From the NCBI GenBank assembly GCA_030704615.1, contig CM060732.1:75144001-75208000 (forward strand): a DNA stretch of 64,000 nucleotides, read 5' to 3'. The notes under the pieces are model-generated. The model saw only the letters and a program-made list of their open reading frames with translations. It was not told where the DNA came from and did no database searches. The translations under genes and the position numbers were made by a program. Source of the DNA: Takakia lepidozioides (taxonomy: Eukaryota > Plantae > Bryophyta). Shown here in pieces: positions 36,404 to 48,884 of the stretch (positions are counted from its first letter, which is position 1; each line of letters begins with the position of its first letter).

Positions 36404-39207
36404 ATGGAAGGGGTAAGGGAGGCGAATGAAAAGCGGGGTGCAGAGGTGGGGTATGCCGCAGATCTGGGCTCCGTGATGGAGGCCAGCAAGCGCATTGCGC
36501 CCTACGTGCACGTGACGCCGGTTGTGACTTCTTCGACGCTGGATGCTCTTGCAGGCTGCAAGCTCTTCTTCAAGTGTGAGCTGTTGCAGAAGGGGTATGT
36601 GTGCAGCGTTTGTCTCAAATTGCTGTTCTGTCTCTGATTCTACGTCTGGAATTGTGCGAAAATGTATTGGAATCGTGATACCGCTCAGAATTTCCCACAG
36701 AAATTGACGCGGGCCTCTTGTGTAACACGATCGATGAGGGTGGGCGGGCATGATGCTGCAAGATCGGAGCACCTCATCTCCCGCAGTTCCTCATCTATAA
36801 ATCTCAGTCTCTGTCCGGTATCGGGACTGAGTGACATCGTATCCCAGAGGACGACCATTTGCTACCGGGCGAAGGCGACAATGCCTCTGGGGGGCTTCAA
36901 CCTCGGGCAACCATCGTAAGCAGGGATAGTTGTTTAACGCATCACAATTTCATCGTAGTTGTTTTCACTAGCGAATAGAATGCCATGCCTCTCAAGATAA
37001 TAAACCAAGTCCTTGAAATGCACCAGACTGACGTTTCTTAGCACACTGCTCAGAAGACTGAGGCTGTGGTTCAGACTGCGGGACCCCCCTGAGATCAGTG
37101 ATTGGTTGCCAATTAGCAGCCATCGACAATGGGTTTCTTCCGCCGGAGATCACCATTTCTTTGAATGACTGGTCCTATTTCATTCTTACCAGTGTTGGCA
37201 CATCTGTCTTTTTATTATTTCTATGACCCACATTGCAAGAGTCTCCTTTCTTAGCTTTTGGCCTTTATAACACTTGCAGCACTCATATGACCCCTCCATA
37301 TTGAAGAATAAAACTCAAATAGTGTGTGGACGCAGAGGTGCGTTCAAGTTCAGAGGGGCTTGCAATGCCATTCTGTCGCTGTCTGAGCATGATGCGAGAA
37401 ATGGTGTTCTTACGCATAGCAGGTGTTATTTTCATTCCTCTCTACTCTACTTCAATCCTGGGCTTTGAGTTTGGTTATCTCTTGCTTTTGGAGGCATAGG
37501 CCAATAGCACGTGATGCCGCAGGCAGTTCCTCAGGTGTTGAATTTTACTGATGGAATGGATTTTAACCTTCTTTAGCTAGTTGTGGCAGATGCATTAGCT
37601 AGACTGTGTTCAAAATAGCCATTTGGCTGGAGAGATTGTAGGTGACACAATTCTGAGGAAAGTTTGCGGTTGAAGTGGCAATCATGCAGCAGCAGTGGCA
37701 TTGGCTGCACAGATGCGGGGCATTCCGGCATACATTGTGGTCCCACAGAATGCACCTGCCTGCAAGCTTGAAAACATCAACCGCTATGGTGGTCAAGTCA
37801 CTATGTGTGAGTCATCCATTCAGGCGAGAGAGAAACAAGCTGCCAGTGTGCAGAAAGATACTGGGGCTGTCCTCATCCATCCCTTCAACAACCCTCACGT
37901 CATCAGGTGTTGGTTATCGCTCTCTTGTCATGGTGACTGTTTCTGACAGAATGTAAAGGAGGAAACATGAAGGGGGAAACCTGAAGTAATCAGTAATACC
38001 AACACCAAACTTGTTCTCCTAAGGAGAAATTTCCCTGGTTCATGTTGTTTGTTGATGTCTGATTTTTCTTTTTCATACATCCAAAAACTCCTCTTGTTTG
38101 TGTGCATTGACAGTGGGCAAGGTACCATCGCTGTTGAGTTTTTGGAGCAAGTTCCCCTACTGGATGCCATAGTTGTGCCGATCAGCGGTAAGGTTTGCTA
38201 CAAACAAGCATTTGCGAATGCTTTGTGGGTTCATAAGCTTTGCTAGGATTCAGAGCCACTGACAAGCACCACAATCTTTTGATTTTTGGGGATAGTAACA
38301 AAGCAAAACTACTTCCATGATTGTTGAAACATTGCATTCATCCTCCCCTATTACCCCTTTGTGCACCCTCCTCTCCTACCACTTTTACCTTGTATTTATC
38401 TGTTTGGGATCACTTCCAAAGTTCAGTGGTGTAGGGAGTCCAAAATGCTCCAACTGTCAGCTTGAGGCATCTATTTTCCCAGGGGGTGGCTTGATCTCAG
38501 GAATCTCGGTGGCTGCTAAAGCAATCAAACCTGATATCAAAATCATAGCGGCTGAGCCGTCAGGAGCTGATGATGCAGCGCGATCAAAAGTGGCTGGAGA
38601 AATTATCACCCTCTCCCATCCTAACACTATTGCAGATGGATTGCGAGCTTCCTTGGGTGATCTTACATGGTACGCAACTATTACCTCGTCATAACTTACT
38701 CTTGGACATCATGCAGTGATTGTACTGTATAATGAACGTTTGAATGACTAGAAAATCAAATCCACCTGTATCTCAGTTTATTAGCAGATTTATGTTGACC
38801 TTTTTGGAGTACATATCAGTTAAACTACCCAGCATAAATTGCTCCTGTTAAAGTAATTGCACAATCCCAAGGAGGATGAAAGTAATACTATCTTTTTCAC
38901 TTTAGCTTTGTGGATTGTTGTGCATCACTCTTGTGTTTAATTGGTGGCTACTTGCAGGCCGATTGTTAGAGATCTTGTACATGTTATCATCACAGTGGAT
39001 GATGAGGAGATTGTTGCAGCTATGAAATTATGTTATGAGATATTAAAGCTGGCAGTGGAGCCAAGTGGCGCCATTGGGTTAGCGGTGATTTTGTCTAAGC
39101 AATTCCAAAGTGACTTTAAAACAAGGGACATTAAGAATATAGGCATAGTGCTGTCAGGAGGGAATGTTGATTTAAGGTCCTTGTGGGCAACCTTCAAATG
39201 TAGTTGA
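36404..39207 (+). CDS. SR: Serine racemase (PLP-dependent, fold type II), 6 exons
   Basis: FFKCELLQKG|GAFKFRGA (PLP Lys), SSGNHA, SGQGT, ISGGGLISG, TIADGL, VEPSGA and SGGNVD across GT-AG exons. Confidence 0.93.
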
Positions 39208-39712
39208 TAAAGTAGGGCTATAGTTCTAGGAATCTTATATTCGCGAGTGATTACAGCTTGACTGATAATAGATGATAGTGAGGTCAATCTTAGGGGCTGT
39301 GTCACCTTGTATATGTAGACCCTGTGAATCAGCAGCCTAGCATGTCCCAAGCAGTGACCAGTGGTAACTATGTGAATCAATTGGGAGATTTGAGATTATT
39401 CATTTTATAACAACCCCCTTAACAATATTTCAGAGCTCCTACATTTTCGGATTTGTGATTCATGTAAAGTGTTGTCAGTCTCTCTTCCTACCACTTACGA
39501 GAGGTAGACCAGTTTGTAGTCCAATTCCTAAGTAAGATTTCATATGCACAATTACTTTCTTAAGCAAGACATAAGAGTCAAGCATTCATCAACTCCTACC
39601 ATACAATAAGTGCAGCAAGCTTTTTGACAGAGAACTGTATACGCGAGGGCACTGTCAAGTTAAATACTTTCTGAGGGCCTCTACTGGTTGAAACTATCTG
39701 AATATTATATCT

Positions 39713-42700
39713 TTAAGCAACAGCATTCCTGCCCAAGGGGCGCAACTGTGGTAACTCAATCAGAGCTTGCTGACTCAGTTTGGTTTTGCACTTTGAGGAC
39801 TGGCAGGCCCCAATCCTGCAGCACACAACATCTGCATCCAGCAAGGTATCCAGGTTCGCCAAAATGAAGGGGCCATATTCTTCTATGATCGCCTTGCACT
39901 GCACAAGCCCCCAAAACCCACTTCCCTCATTCAATTTGCCTACATACTCCAGCAACATATGCAAAAGGGTCCTGGATTGTCAGGAAAGCGATTCGACTAT
40001 AAAAGTTTCCAGGTTCACAGGATTGCAACTAGATATTACCTTGGCACACACCGGAATTGTTCTCCAATTACCACAGATAAGGTAACCTTTACAATGAGAA
40101 CCCAATTAAAATCACCAAATCAGGATCCATGTGACTCGAGGAATGACATTCTCCCCCCCCCTCCCCCACTAATAACATCGATAACTCCCCATACATACTA
40201 AATAACAGGGTACTCATAAACCTGTGTGCCAAGTAGCGGAGACCGAGAGAGAACCAACCTCTTCCACGTGATTGGGGACTTTGTTGCATCCACTCACCAG
40301 CAGCTCCAGCATCTTGGCCTGCAGAACAGCCCGGATGCAGGTTATGTAGCAGACACTGCATTCAATATGGTCAGCTTTTCTTTGTCTGCATAACTACGCC
40401 TTGACAACATGTCAAGGGTAGGTAGATGCAGATTGTGCAAAAGTCAGTCTAAACTGCAAGGCAATTCAAAGTTGCTATTGGTGCATTCAAAAAAGCAAAC
40501 ATACCTGCGTCTTGGGATCCTTCAGCTTGATCTTGATTTCTAGGACCACAAATTCGCAAGTTACACAATCATTGCGTTTTAATGACACTGAAGGTGCCTT
40601 GCAAAGCTTGGTCAACTGACAAAATTCCTGAGGCGTGGTGTTCTCAAGTCGCTGCATCAAGTTTGGTGCATACAAATCCACAAGCAGATGACACTGAACC
40701 ACCCCCCACAACAGACAAACAAAAAAATCAGCAATCAAGCACATCCGTAGACTGCACAAGGTACTTGTAATTTGGAGGCACAGATATAGAAAACTTCATC
40801 AAACTGCAGACCAGCAGCAAATGGCTTCCAATAACAACAGCTAGCCCAAGCCAGGCAACTGCTAAAGCCACTCAATTCCCAATGCTTAGTGCAGCCATTG
40901 TCACGTACTTAATCCACATGGACTCTTCTGCAATTTCCAGATGGTGAGGGATTGACACTCAAAGATCACACTATCCATGGTACTTTGACATCACTGGAGT
41001 GCTTAATAAGACGTTAAGGTCACCACTTTACTAAGCTCTTAGGTGTGGGAACAAGCTAGTGGAGACCAAAACTAGCAAAGCTGTTGTGATGTGCACAACC
41101 TTACACTGACATGCACTCATTTGAAAAAGAGAGGCTGTTGATGAGAACGGAAACACCACCTGCTTGCTGAGCTCTTCAAGGCGCGTGCAAGCCAAATGTA
41201 GTGCCACAACTATCCCAGCTTGAGTCTTGTTGGCTTCCAAAAAGGTCAGTGCATCAGATGCCAGATCCTGGCATACTGCACATGTCTTTTTGTCAAGGTC
41301 TAGAGCCAGCAGCTTCTGCGGCTTGCAGAGCCCTGTCTCTACACATAATTTGTCTGGCCCCAAATACGCCTCCAGCTCCAGTAAAAGCTCAGGAACATAT
41401 CCCTCCACCATATTGTTACACTGGCAAGATCAAAACCAGAACACAAATCGCTTGACCAAGATAGTGGAGTGCTTTGAGAACAAAGATGAGCGGGCCTTCA
41501 AAGAACTGTTAATCAATGGAATTCCACAAGTAGTGCCCTGATCACTCAGCATAGTTTCTAGAAAGTCTCAAGGACTATTACTGCAAGCAGTTTTGATAGT
41601 GAGTAAACTGACAAACCACTGAAACCTACTGCCTGTCAAATCAGTGTGCTGTCATTTCGAAAAGCCCCCTACTCATAACAAATGCAGAGATTGCACATTT
41701 GAAAGGATGCTCAGCACAATAAACGGCAGTCCTGACACTGCTCAACTGCGAATATTATGCTACAGGCCACCGGCACCCAGTGCTCCTTCAATCCAAAACA
41801 GCTTTTAGACAACATAATATACCATAATCTATCCAAGATAGCTTAAGAATAAAGTCTCAAGTCATTCCCATACACTTTTGGAACAAAATACCCACTCACT
41901 GACTCATACAAGCACCTCAGCCGAGGGCCATTCCCCTTGGGAGAGGGAGGTACGAAAAGGTGGCATCGTTTTGAGAGCGCATATATGAGACAGACTTCTA
42001 GGATAGAAATGAGTAGCTGAAAAATCTACCCCGGAAGAGGGAACAGGACAGCCTATTCTTTCACTGAATACTGCCCAAGCTACCGAAATACGCCAGTGAT
42101 GAGTAAGCAAAACTTGCCTTGGATTTTAACCCTGGTTGAAGAGGTTCACAGAGAAATTGGTCAACAGCAAGGATAGCCTCTCTCGACGTGTCAGGATCAG
42201 ATAAAACCATCTGTGCTTCGCTGGACAGCTGTAGGCACAAGTCACACGCAGAAACGCCAACATCCTCTATTGAAGCCAAACCTGTATCCTTTCCAGCGAG
42301 CCCCTCCAACCTCGATATCCATTTGCCTTGAACTGCCAGCCATCATTAAAACAGTGCTGGTAAGCTGCTCTCAGCATTTGAATTATCTGTAGCATCTCCT
42401 GCTGCTTTGAAACATCACTATTAGTCTCACTAAGAAACAATTCAGTAACGATTCTGCTTTGGAACTCGCATGCTCTAAACCCCTAATATGTACGTTCCTC
42501 CAATTTGCCTCTCAACAGAAGCAATGGTAATTGAAGGTCCAAAGAGAAGCAAAAGTGAAGGATGACAGATGCAATGACCACAGCGACCGCCTTCTCTACT
42601 GGCCCAGATATCATTACGGCATTTGAATCACCACGCCTGGTTATATCCTAAGAAACATCAGAAATTCGCAGGTTATATGGCCCCAGGGATTAGCAAATCT

Positions 42701-42814
42701 CATATATGTGCCAGGGACGAAAGACATACCCAAATTCTTCGATGCGTGCACACCCACGCAAGTGATGATCAGAAACAGAAGCACAAAACACCGATCATGC
42801 CTCCTGGGAGCCAT
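39713..42814 (-). CDS. Prosaposin-like protein with signal peptide and three saposin B domains
   Basis: Hydrophobic leader (FVLLFLIITCVGVHA) and three six-Cys SapB patterns starting CDLC, CAVC and CVTC; six exons. Confidence 0.88.
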
Positions 42815-44606
42815 GGCCGCCCACTGAAAACAGCGATCAATGGCACTCAAGCCCTTAGAAGCGCCCGCTGTCAACGCACAAGATACCGAGCTCAGCAGAA
42901 AACACTGTGCTCATACCCACATCAGCAGCACCTCAACATCACCATTCCAACCTGGCAGTTTGAAACCTTGAACAGTTCGCGATCACCCACAAACCCAAAA
43001 CTCCTCAACTACGCTGCAAATTCTTGCATTGCGCAGAATGGAATCAGCGCCGAGATCGAACAGCATCTCTCGTCACGGACGCTAACGTGCACCATCTCCT
43101 ACGTAACACATCATGGCGGGCCCTCTTCGCACTAGAGCGATCGCTGACCCGAGTTCGATCCCTCCAACGGCGGAGCTTGGAGGGTGCACGTTATTCGATG
43201 GCGTGCTGCTCGGATCCTCTCCCCCTTTTTTAGAAACAAACAGTGCTCATCCGAGATGGCAGTTGGTGTTTTCTCAAATCATACTTCAGTTTTTCTTTCA
43301 GTTTCTTTCAGTTGTGGTAAACAACAGGGTAGTTCATGAGTGACAGAGCGCGCATGGCGGAGCAATGTTCTTGGTTTTATTGCCATGGAAGGGAGAGGAA
43401 GACCGACATTGACGTGTGTGTGTGTGTATGTTTTGAGATGGGAGCAAGCCATGGATGAAGGGCTCAGGCATCACTGACGAAAATCTGGTCAATCAGATGG
43501 TGCATGTCAACAAGCAGTTAATTATTAAGATTCAACTTTCCAGTCATACAGCACAAGCGGGGTTCACTGAAGGCCCTATGCATCCCATCCCCCTCACTGA
43601 ATAGCCAAAGCTGCTGAAGTATCTTTAAACTGAGTGTGGAAGTCCCAATCACAAGTGTCTGGCACAGGCCACTAGTTGATCACCTTCTGTTCTTCAAGTG
43701 AGAGCTCCAATGTCTTAAAAAGGCCAGGGGATTTTGCAATGGTAGGACAACAAGATCAGCAGCAATTGAGGCATCAAGACAGTCCATATACAGGAGTTGC
43801 TATGCCTATCTTTGGATACTCCTCCTCTTGAATGCAAACGAGGACTTATCAGCTCAACTGTTGATTCATTGCAAACAACAATGCAATAAACACAGATTAC
43901 AGCTTGCTGATACAACTTAGGTAGTGTAGACTGACCTATTTACTGAGGAGTGTCCTTAAGACTCCTGCTAGAATGTCAGAAGTCTGCATTCCAACTGTCT
44001 CTCATACCGTTGACATTTCAAAGTGGAAGGAGCCAACGTTGTGATGAGCGAATCATGCTCTTGAAGGCAATCAAACAGCCACACAATGACAGTACATAAG
44101 GCCCTTCAACTTGCTCCAACAAGAATCACTAGAATTACAGTTGTCCTTTTCCCCCCACGGTCTCCATGCAAAATGAGGCACAGATCATGTCTTCAATCAG
44201 CAGAACCCAACCCTTGTAGAACTCGAGGGAAATAAGACGACACACTCAAGCTAACTGAGCTAAAGACCACCGCAACCATAACACCATTCCACTTTTGTTT
44301 TATCATTATCCAAAGCTTAACAATGAACTATCCTACAGGAGTGAGGGGGAAAAGCTAGAGAAAAACACCTCTGGGCACATACAGTCCTGCAGATTATTAG
44401 TGCACTATGAAGTGAAGCTTGAACAGGACCGTGACCACAAGAATGGATTCAATGCACACACAATATTTGATGTGCCTAACCCTGTTGCCAGATTAGCAAT
44501 AGTGGAGGACATCCACACCTGGAGAACACACATTCATATTTTAACTTTGCAATGTCAGAAAAATGGAGGGACAGAAAGGCTAGGAAGTAAAATAAGGGTC
44601 TCATCA

Positions 44607-46646
44607 TCAAGCGCCTGCCTGGCCCCCAGCAGGAAAGAGACGTTTTCGGATCTGGACACCCAAACAGAAAATAATATGAGTGATCTACTGCAAGAAGATC
44701 ACCTGAAACGGAACCGTATATCAGAGAACTAGTACCTTGAGTGAAGTTTTCCAGACACTGCCAATATGGAGCTCTAAGATCAACAGGAGATATGTACATG
44801 TGACAGCATACAAAAATCATATGTAACCCTGCCCATATTGTCGCACCCCAATAACGTCATTTCCTCCTGATTCCTCTCCAAATCCAGAGAGGCCTGTGTG
44901 GACAGGTTTACAAAGCAATGCAAAGAGCATGTATGGATGAAAATGCCAATCAGTGGACATACCTCAGGCAGCTGCTGCTTGAACACAACCTCCAAGCGTG
45001 CATCTAGAGTGTTCTCCAGTACAATGCGCCCATCATTTGTGGCCAATACAACTCCTCCTGAACTGTAACCAACCGCCCAATTGTTATCACTTGTCAGTGT
45101 CTCATAGGCTAGAAAGGTTGAACAAATCTACTGTAGTGCAACACTGAGGATAGACTTCATTACCTATAACTTTGGGCATAGACACTATGCCTGGTTGGGA
45201 CAGCAGACAGAGGGGAGTGAGGGAGACACAAGAAGCATGGAAGGGGGGACACTCCCAGAGAGGCCTGCCTTAGTAGGAACTATCTCTATACATAAAGTTG
45301 ATTCTCAATTTCCACGTTCACAAGTTGGTATAGAGATTGAGAGAGAGAAAGAGAGAACAAAACCAAGTTGAGCCGTGATAGTCAGGTTGGGGGGGACCAG
45401 GGAGAAAACGTTTGTCATCCACAAAAATCTCTGGTGGATCCACATTAGCTTTGGAAGCATAACCATCTATGGCTGATTGGATGACTGATTGAACCAAGTC
45501 AAAATCTTGTTCACGGCAGCGCAACTGTACAGATGCCTCGTTCAACCTCAGCAAACCCTGCCTCCCAAAACCCCACATAGAAATATTTGTATGAATTACA
45601 TAAGGGCATCATACCAAATGAATAGGACCTGTGCCTCAAATCAACGTAGTTCCCGTGCTCCAGCATTATGGACGTGATCAGCTAAAACAGTCTACATCTG
45701 CTTTTACCTAGACTGTCCATCACACCAGTTACGACCTAGCCAAACAAGACTGCAGGGTAAATTACCTGAATAATGAGGGCTTCGAGAAGCTTTGAATACT
45801 GCTCCTCGTTGGAGCTGACATGCAGTAGTTGCTTCTCAGCTGCGTCCTTCATCTTGCGGACGAGGTCGTCCTGCGCTTGCAACAACTTCAACCGGGCTGC
45901 GTTCAGCTGCGTAGAGTATTCTCTGCACGCAACCCATTCCCCACTTAATATAACTCCAACACACAACTGGGTATCCTGAAACTGAGATGTAATGCCATAT
46001 CTTGTTTGTCCTCTGGACTACTCTGCCCAGATTCGACAAAATCACAACAACGCTCTTTCAACTCGTTGGAAGCCGGTGATTCAAAATCAAATCTGGTTTA
46101 GGTGTTGACAGAGCTAAATCTGCGGCCTGCTATCTACCATTGTAACCAGAAGCTTTATTTTGAGAGCCTCGTAGTGCCCATAACAGATGAACAAACCTTC
46201 GCCCAGAAGGGAGGGGAAGGTTACATTTTCCTGCGGACCTCCACTTGCTTTTCTTTCCGCTCATACTCCTGTCGAATCTTCTTCTTTTCGGCTTCCACCA
46301 GCTGCAGCTTCTCGATGTTGAATTCCTGCACTCATAACCATAGTTAACCTCCGGTCTTTCGGTAGATGCTCTTTGGTCTACGTCCGTGCAACTCCGTGTC
46401 ACTTACACTCCGCATGCATCCGTCCGCAGCTGCCCTAAACTTCCGCTGAAAACAAGCAAAACAAACTCACCCCCTTCCATCTCATCTATTCTTCATCTGA
46501 TCAGAGAGACGTGAAATGTATCGACACAGAGGGAAACGTCAGACCTCCTCAGCAGAAACTGCGATTTCATTAGCCTTTTCTTCAGCTTCCTGCCTTATGA
46601 AATGCACCATCTGCTGCACCTGCTTGGATACCTCGGAGTCATTCAT
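44607..46646 (-). CDS. VHA-E: V-type H+-ATPase subunit E
   Basis: MNDSEVSKQVQQMVHFIRQEAEEKANEI...EFNIEKLQLVEAEK...YSTQLNAARLKLLQAQDD...GGVVLATNDGRIVLENTLDARL...LPEIRKRLF in GT-AG exons. Confidence 0.95.
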
Positions 46647-47114
46647 CTTGCCGGGCTTTCTCCAACCCTAAAATTGTTCTATGTCTCCCCGCAGATCTCA
46701 CCGAAAGCTGGCTTTGAAGCCCAACTTCCACTCCACCTCCTCTCAATTGCAAGCTCTTCTCTCGCCCCAACAATACACGAAATGGTCGATAGCTGCAACA
46801 ACCCGTGTGGTTTAGGACACCCACAGGTAAGGTGAGAGCCACGCGGCCTTCTGGCCTTCTTACGTGGCGCACTGTTACAGGCTCACCTCTACAGAATAAA
46901 CAGACGATGCTTCGCATCCATTCAGAGAATAAAACAGATTCCTTAGCATCTCTGTTTTGCATCCATTACCGAGCAGGGTTTGAGGACACGGTTGTCGGTT
47001 GCTCTTCCTGGTGGAGATACATGTCTAGATGTGCCAGGACCATAGAATTTCGTACTATTCTCGCAACGTCTATTGACGAGAATTATGTTCTCATGAGGAA
47101 TGTTTGGGTTGCAG

Positions 47115-48884
47115 ATTGGTGAAATTGACATTCATGCCCAGTTGCTTCCAGAAGATAAGGTGAGAATAGTCCGAGAATTGAAGGGAAGTGGAGTCACGGC
47201 AATGGTAGGAGATGGTATCAATCACGGACCTGCATTGGCTGCAGCAGATATTGGGATTGCAATGGGGGTGGCTGGGTCAGCTGTTGCAATGGAAACAGCT
47301 GATGTAGCTTCAATGACAAACGATCTTCGGAAGTTGGCATTTGGAGTGCAGCTGGGCAGAAGCTGCCGCTGGAAAATTGGGCAGAATGTGACCCTTTCCT
47401 TGGTCACAAAGTTTGTAATTATTGTGCTTGCAGCGGTAGGATATGCATCCCTTTGGGCAGCCGTGCTGGCAGACGTTGGGACTTGTCTGGTAGTCATCTT
47501 CAACAGCATGCGGTTGCTCAAACACAAGAAGTGTACTGATCAATGTTGCTCAACACACAAGAGTCTGTCCAATTTTGCAGTCAGATATAAGCAGCTAAAA
47601 CTGGAGGATAGTTGCTGTGCGAAATCTGGAAATGTTCGGATGGTAAGTTGGTTGATTTGTGTGAAGAAGGAACTGCTGCAGTATCACACAGTCACAGGGG
47701 ACTATTTCATTGGTTGCACCACCACCATCATGAGAAGAAGCGTGAAGGGGAAATGACGGGTTACACAGCGTGTTGCTCGATGGCGACCTCAGAAATCAAG
47801 CAGACTGCTGTACCTTGTTGCTCCAGTTCTAGGTGTGAACCAGGGCTGCTCACCCCCAGAGGTAAAGGGAATCGCCATAGCTATGGGTATCATCATGAGG
47901 AAACTAAAGCTTCAAGCATTGGTTGCTGCTCCAAAGCAGGGTCGGATACCAAGTCAAAGGGTGCTTCAGGGTGCTGCTCCAAAACAGGGTCGGAAATCAA
48001 GTCCAAGGTTGCTACAGGTTGCTGTGGAACAGGTTTGCATGAGAAAGGGGGAATCCGAAATCCACTAATTGGCAGTGCATCTAGTGGTGACCTCAGTGAG
48101 CTTCCGGGGGTGACTGCATATGGTGGTCTTGCCTCCTTGGATGGGTGCCATGAAGATGTAACTGGGATGGAGCATGAAGGTGGGTTTGCTACATGTTGTG
48201 AGACGTCCATGTTTGGGGGGACAGGGAAAGGAATCCGGAGGAGACTCGGCACAAAAGAGAATTGTTCAAGTGAGAGTCACATTAGCAACACCTCATGTGG
48301 CCACCACCTGGAGGAGCCCTGTTTGCCAGCTTGCGTGGCTGCAAGCAACAGCCCACAAGGCAATGGCCATGGTGGTTTTATTTCTTTGGATAAGGTTAAG
48401 GCCCAAGGGCTGTCGGTTGAAGTTGAAACATGTCCCAAGCAGTGCTGCAGCAAATCCCCTGCATGATCCTGTCAAGTCCAAGTCATCAGCTTCTGAGATA
48501 CCCTGTTTGAAAGAGAGTTGCAAAGCAAGTGGTGCCACTGGTATCTGCAGATCTCATGCTTCGGAAACAGTTCCATCATGCTGTGTGAAAGAGGAGTCGT
48601 GCAAGGCTTCTGGTTTACATGCCCCCAGTACAGCACATGGCAAGACAGCAACTTTTGATATGCCTCCCAAGTGTTGTACAAAAGATAGTGGTAAGGCAAC
48701 TAGTAATTCAGGCAAAGTGTCCTCCAGTAGCACAAGTGATTTTGAGACTTGTGCCCATAATGGGAACCTCACCTGTGGCATTGTGCCTACCTCTCCCATC
48801 TCTTTATCAGGGTATGGTGTTAGCCCCGATCCATGCTGCACCAACCAAATAGGTTGCAAGTCTTGTGCTACAGTCTCCAGCTGA
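47115..48884 (+). pseudogene. 3' fragment of an HMA2/3/4-like Zn/Cd P1B-ATPase with Cys/His-rich tail
   Basis: HAQLLPEDK, AMVGDGINHGPALAAAD (canonical GDGINDAP), last two TM helices (LWAAVLADVG), tail with many CC pairs and an HHHHH tract. Two frameshifts (~47630, ~48460); the upstream ATPase exons are absent. Confidence 0.85.

Noticed and set aside
36800-36930. TPP riboswitch or H/ACA snoRNA
   Set aside because: Lacks the CUGAGA and ACCUGAU cores and proper H/ACA boxes; kept only as unassigned hairpins.
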